Positions 52,313 to 64,000 of a DNA stretch of 64,000 nucleotides are shown here, one piece after another. How positions within the stretch are numbered: the first letter of the stretch is position 1; every line of letters begins with the position of its first letter. Under the pieces are notes generated by a model. That model saw nothing but the letters and a program-made list of their open reading frames with translations, had not been told where the DNA came from and made no database searches. This DNA is from Chromera velia (taxonomy: Eukaryota). The stretch covers positions 62,001 to 126,000 of the forward strand of contig JAHBMJ010000223.1 of the NCBI GenBank assembly GCA_018398765.1, read 5' to 3'. The position numbers and the translations under genes were made by a program.

Positions 52313-53986
52313 ATTTATTCTTTTCTTCCGTTCTGTCTTCGCAGTTTAGTCGCGGAAGTATTTTTCTCTCACAGGAGAGATCCGACTCCCTCTCTCTCCT
52401 CATGCTCTCATGCAGCTGTGTGTTTGTGCCCTGCGCAGGGATGCGTCTGTCGCTTTTAGTGGCACTCAATTCACCTTATCAGAAATTCAATTATCTGAGA
52501 CAGTTGAATCAAATTTATCAAACACCATCATACGAGTTCAATGAAAAGTAGACAGTTTAAAGACTCTGTGTGGGGAAATTTTTGGAAAGATTCTGTAGTA
52601 GAACCAATTTGAATTCAATTATTTACAAAATTTAAAATAAATTTCATACTCAATTTTCTGATATTATACTGGATATTATAATAATTATATAGTATAGATA
52701 GATGTAGAAACTATGTACCACTGTACTACCACAGCTAGAGAAGCGAGCTTTCTAGTAGCTTAGGTTGCCATTCATCTTTACTTTTAGAGACTTGAGATCT
52801 GGGCTAATCCACACTTAAGTAAGTAAAGTAAGTAAGCTAGATTGATAAAAAACTAATTTAATCATTTTTATAATATTAAAGTTACTAAAGTATTTCAACC
52901 ACACTTGCCTGCGCGCCTAGCTGCGCGCTATACTAAACTATGCATAGATCTTAATTAACGTGTTGCTGCGCGTTGCAGTCTGAATTGCAGATCAAGTACA
53001 CGGTGAGATTTTTATAATTGCGATGCAAAACGGTGCTGCCATGTGCCGCCGCTCCCAAATCCCGACATAAAATCAATGAAGTGCCGTTCAAAAAATCTTA
53101 ACAAAAATGATCTAAGAAGTTATAGGAAAAAACCTACTTTAAAAAATGTTTTCAAGAGCAGCTTGAAGTCACCGTGACAATGAAGTGTCGAGGAATTATA
53201 AAAATCTTATAAAAATTATATCATGATAAAGAACAATAAATCAGTCAATCAATCAATCAAAATCCAGAAAATTAGTATAATCAAATCAGTGACTCTAGTA
53301 ATGACTTGATGTACAGTTGTAGAAAAAGTTCGAATACGCAGATTATTCTCCCTCTGTCTTAATTCCCATTTCTTTCCCTCTGGGTGTCTGCTAGAGACCA
53401 CATGATCGCGTACATTTTTGAAGGACAAACACCGTCTTCTCAACCTGCATGGGTAGCAAAACGCACCTAAAGCTGCCTGCCGGATCGACGCACACCCCAC
53501 TGTGGCTGTGTCCTGCTGACTGGCCTCTCCCCTCACCTTACCTTCGACTGCGACCCCGTCCTCACACCAAAAGGTTGTCTGTCATGCAGATGGATGCTGC
53601 ATGCGCCGTCGCGGTTCCCTCAACCCTTTCATCTCATCTCTCCCTTGCAACGTAAATTAAGGAAGGCAAACGAACGCAGCTGCATGTGAATCAGAAAGGT
53701 TCGATCCTTGCGAGAGGAAGGAAGGAGGAAAGGCCCCCTTTTGTCCATGTCAACAAGGAGATTCCAAGCTTCAGCAGGAGAGAGAGAGAGAGGAAAAGAA
53801 AGGAAAGACAGACCGACAGACAAGAGAGAGAAGTGAGAGGCATGGAGAAAGAGAAACAAGGCGAGCCCAAGTCTCAAAGAAGAGAGAGAAAAAGAAAGAC
53901 GCCTCACCCACCGGCAAATTCCCATGGCCAAGGCATGAGAACCGATGGACTTCCCCCCCTCCCCTCCCAAGCAAGCTTCAAGTGAA

Positions 53987-54017
<31 letters not shown>

Positions 54018-54669
54018 GTGAGTGAGTGATTGAGTGAGTGAAGGAATGAAAGAATCTATTGAGACCTTCATTTGTGTATGCAGGTGCGCGTGAGGTGACG
54101 GAAGACGGGGGGGGGGGGACGGAATTGGTTGAGGGGCCACTGGAGCACGTTGGAGAATGAGTGAGTGAGTGAGGGAACGGATCGATCGAAGGAATGAATG
54201 AATGTGGGGGCCCGCCCGTGTGTTCCTTCGACAGGCTGCATGCCAAAAGAGTTCTTCTTCTATTCGTCTTTCCAGTCTTTTTTCTTGCAGGGTCAAATTT
54301 GACAATTTACAATTGATCTGGCTCACTCGATTTTCCCCCCCTTTTTTTCTTTCTCCTGATGAAGCAAGAGCCTTCATTCCCTCCACCCCCATTTTCGACT
54401 CAATGCCCCAACCCTGACTGAGCCCATCCAGCCAGGCTCATCCAAACAGCCAGACAGACAGACAGCGTCTTCTCTTCAGGAACCAAAATGGTGAAACTTT
54501 CTCTGTTCGTGTTGATAGGCTCTTCTTTTTGCGACCTGCCTGCCCGACACATGCAGGGAAGGATTTCATTTCAGCCAGTCGGTCAGTCGGTCATGGCAGC
54601 AGACGACAGACAGAGAGAGAGAGAGAAGGAAAAGAAAGAGGCCAGCTCCTCCATCCATCCATCCATCGA

Positions 54670-60177
<5,508 letters not shown>

Positions 60178-62128
60178 ATGAGTTTCCGTCTGATTGGCGC
60201 AGGGATTGCGTGCATGGGTATCATCTCTGCCACCTTGTTAGCCAGGTCAGACAGAGGTCAAGAGTAAGCTTTTGTAGCACGCATCAGTGGGAGTTTGAGC
60301 ATCACTCGCATGCATGCATCTTTCCATTCCATGCATGCGTGCATGCATGCATGTGTGCAGGACTGACCTATTGAGCCAAACGCAGCACGGATGTTTTGGG
60401 GGAACTCCCTTTTGTCACACTGCAAGAGCACTGCAAGAATACACCCTGCTTTTCGGAACCGTCCCGGTGAGCTTGGCCTTTCTCTGTGGTTTCGTGACTG
60501 CCTTCTCCCTGCTGGCCTTCCCACTGACGATTCTGCACTCCCTCAAGAGAGCACTACAAGAACACCACGCACAAGACAAGAGATTCTTTATGCACGCAGG
60601 GGAGTGCGGAGAGGAGGTGCATGGGGGGGGACTGGGACAGAGCCAGTCAGATTTCAAGACAGGCAACATGGCGGGAATGCTAGGGTGTCCAGCCGACGAC
60701 ATGATCGGAAAGTCGGGGAGCAGATCTCCGTTGAGGTCGCGAAGGGCCATCCGGTTGATCTACGAGAGGAAATTAATGGACTACACAGAGATTGACTGTG
60801 TCACTAGGCACATTCTGCTCTTTGTGTCCACCTGCCTCGCGGTAATGAGCGTTTACCTTTACCTAGTCACGCTGCTTGTACTCGGTACCGCACCGAAGGT
60901 TTTGGCCTTCTGCATCTTCAGTGGGGTTGCTCTGTTCACCCTCTGTCTCTCAGGAGATGCGGTGCCGAACAGGGCCACAGCTCTGCGGGTGTTGGTCTTT
61001 GCAGGTGTCTTTTGGTGTGCGTTTCTGTTCTGCTCGCTTCTGCACGCAGACACATACGCGTCGTTGGAAGGTGTAGACGGAGGGGCCGACAGGGGAGGGG
61101 AGATAGAGGCCCTTCTTCCTGCCCTCGGCCCTCGTCCCACACCCTCTGTGATTGTCCCCATGCAGCAGATACCCCACCAACAGAAGCACAGAACCGCCCA
61201 CAGCAGCAGTACCAACAGTAATCTAAGGCAGTTTGTCCAACGGCCTACAAGATTGCCAGATATACGAAGGCACGACAACCCCGACACACCGTCCCCTCAC
61301 CAACAGCATCCAGAACCCAGGGCCCCAACTGTCCCCCTAATTGCAAGTGTCTCACACCCATCCACCCCCACTACGCACCCTTCAGTCCTTCCTTCTCCAT
61401 CCGTACAGCTCAACGAGAGAAACTCAACCATGGTCACCCCTGACAGAGCCCCGATGCCAAAAGAGCCGCCCCCGTCAAAAACACACACAAATGTGCCCCC
61501 TCAAGCAGAGACCCACCGCCGGTCTCCCTTCTCAGCGCTCATCACGCGAAAAGACAAAGACTCAGGGCCATCACCCCTGTCTGCAGCCCAACAGAAAAAG
61601 AGCACCCCTGTCAAAAACAGCACTCTCTCGGAAGAGCACAAAGCAGCAAAAGAAACCAACACAGAAAAGGGAAACAACGTGCAGAAAATCTCCCCAAAGC
61701 AAGTCAATGAAGTGGATCCCCCTCCCCCCACTGGACAGACACAAAAGATAGACGCAGGGGGGGGGCAATTCAAAGCTCCCGTACCTTCCGTCCATTTGTC
61801 AAGATCTCCGGCCGACCCCCACCACCCGGGAGAGATGCGTCTCCAGTCTGTGACAACGACAGAAAAGGCAGACAAGGACAATCTGCTTTCTTTTGCCACT
61901 CCAAACCCCCACGATCACCTCTTCCCTTCCGCCCCCCCTCCCCCTCTCCTGAGCTCGTTGAACCAGCATCAGCCTGAATCAGAGAAAGGGTCTCCACAGC
62001 CCTCCTCCTCTCTGCCCTCTCCAAGTCCCTCACCCTCTCCCTCCCCCCCCTCGTCTACGACTCCCGGGGGTTCCCTGGAGAAGGAAAACCACAGAAAAGA
62101 AAGAGGGAAAGGAAGGGAACAATCTTGA
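60178..62128 (+). CDS. Hypothetical multi-pass membrane protein with Pro/Ser/Thr-rich C-terminal half (~611 aa; exons 60178-60245, 60361-62128)
   Basis: ORF 60314-62128; an upstream exon MSFRLIGAGIACMGIISATLLA(R) joins in phase 2. Several hydrophobic segments are followed by a low-complexity tail. Confidence 0.7.
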
Positions 62129-63764
62129 CCGATGGATGGATGCCTGCGCGTTTAATTGTTACATTTGTGCTCTTGTAGAAAGAAGGAAGGAAGGAACGAA
62201 GGAAGGAGGAAAGAAAGGAACAAAGAAGAAGTATACCAAAGAAAGAAAGACAAAAGAAAAGGAAGCACGGAACTGAGTGAGCAAAGTATGGACAAAATCA
62301 ACGGAAAGGGGGCAGGAAAAATAATTTTATCATCGGACAGAAACAAAAATTGAAAAAAAAGAACGAAAACGCGTTGACAAAAGAATTCGCGATGCAGACA
62401 CAAACAAGAGGCAGCAAGAAAATCGAAAAAGAATAACGCGTGGAATCAAAAAAAGAATCCCTTTCCATGAGCTCGATCAGAAAAGAACAGAAAAGAAACG
62501 AGAGGGGGATTCCATAATGGAAGCAGACACATGAAAAAAAAAAACGAAACACAAAAAAGAAAGGTAAGGAAGTAGATGATCTCCAGATCAAGGCCGGATG
62601 GATGTCTCGATCAAGTGAAACGCGAAAAAGAACAGAAAAAAAAAAAAAGAAAAAAACGGTCAGAAGGAGATCGCGAATTGAATTCAATTGAAACGCACAA
62701 AAAGTTGTCCAAATACACAGACGAGCGAACAAGAAAGTGCGTGCCCAATTTAAGCAACGCCATTCATTTTGCCCCTAGCTTGCTTCTGCATGGAAGCACT
62801 GAGTTAATAGATGCAAAACAGAAAAGAGAAACAAATAAAGAAGCCAGGGGGGGGCCATTGCAGTCGATTGAGTTGGAGACTTTGCAGTGCAGTCATCGAT
62901 CAATTAGAGGAAGGAAGACTCTCCCTCTCTCTCTCGCCTTTAAATTTTAGCCCTATTTATCGATTGTTGGATTGGCAGTAGAATAGAAGGAAGAAGGAAG
63001 GCATCAGGCAGGGAGGTCCGAATTTCACGAGTCTATCAGAACAACTAATTTAAAGAAAATAAAGAATTCGGGGCTGCCTGCCCACCGACTGATCGACTCT
63101 CTTCACCCAAATTCCAATTGAAAGAGCGGGTAAGGAGATCATCTCGATTCTTTTGATGGATGGGTGCAGGGGACAAACAGACAGACAGACAGAGCTACAG
63201 AGAGAGGCTCGGTCCATAGAGAGAGGCTTCAGGAAGAAAGAGAAAGAAGTCGGTCATTGTCTTCGCAAATGAAAGAGAGACAAAGGCATGCATCACCATG
63301 CAGAGCACCTAGTTGCCGGACTGCAATTTGCAGCTGGCACAGACAGACAGAGAATGCCGCGACGAAGCAAGCAAGCAAGCAACCATCAATCCTGATCTGA
63401 TTCTGATTTGATCAATCGTTCTGGTTTGGCTTCGATCGATTGAATGCGACAGTCGGGACTTAATCGGGACTTTATTCATTCGGTTCATTTTACGAAAAAT
63501 CATTTTGAACCATTCTCCCTTTCTTTTGTTTTTCTCTCTGTGTTATGCCACCTTTTCTTTTCTCTTTCCATGCAGATGTTTCAATTTTGTTCCGTCCGTC
63601 CTTTTTTTTTCTTTTTTGACATTACATGGCATCATTGCTGTTCGCTTCCATACACACGAAGGTGGGGCGCTCGTGCATGCAATTAATTCTACACGTGAGA
63701 CGTGACTCATGCAGAGTCAGCCACTCACTGTGACTGCCCCTTTTCTTCTCTCTAGCCCTGAATG

Positions 63765-63769
<5 letters not shown>

Positions 63770-63805
<36 letters not shown>

Positions 63806-63809
63806 CTCG

Positions 63810-63849
<40 letters not shown>

Positions 63850-63853
63850 GTGC

Positions 63854-63898
<45 letters not shown>

Positions 63899-63900
63899 CT
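63770..63900. repeat. Compound (TC)n-(GC)n-(TG)n microsatellite
   Basis: Directly visible; representative of dozens of similar tracts (e.g. 4128-4307, 35785-35840, 57450-57580). Confidence 0.9.
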
Positions 63901-64000
63901 TAGGTGTGTGCTTGTATGTGTGTGCATGTATTTTGAACTAGATTTTGAACCACTTTTGTCGTCCTTATTTTTTTCAAACAGTTCAAAACATCTTTTTTTC

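Overview
Eukaryotic, intron-dense DNA with GT-AG introns full of TCTG/TG/TC/CCTG microsatellites and TGCATGCA motifs. The style, plus a bipartite plastid leader, suggests an alveolate close to Apicomplexa, possibly a chromerid (inference only). About 51 kb (approx. 1203-52264, +) is one giant gene of about 70 hand-traced exons, roughly 7,000 aa. Its order is: LamG/ConA-like domain, long conserved scaffold, DUF3638-type P-loop/DExD (SF2/SecA-like) core with a DUF3645 motif, EF-hands, second LamG-like domain, WCGPC thioredoxin, Dpy-30/RIIa-like docking motif, ankyrin repeats and a degenerate ADP-ribosyltransferase-like domain. A 9-exon plastid-targeted Fe-superoxide dismutase follows (-, 54670-59523), then a divergent 2-exon membrane protein (+, 60178-62128). 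The most unusual non-coding signal is a family of short AT-rich hairpin inserts (TTTTCATACAGAATT / ATTTATTTTC...GAAAATAAAT). These sit mostly next to 3' splice sites, often between 20-40 bp direct duplications of the acceptor and exon start, and some are amplified into 77-83 bp tandem arrays. All exon boundaries and domain calls were made by eye; no searches were run.
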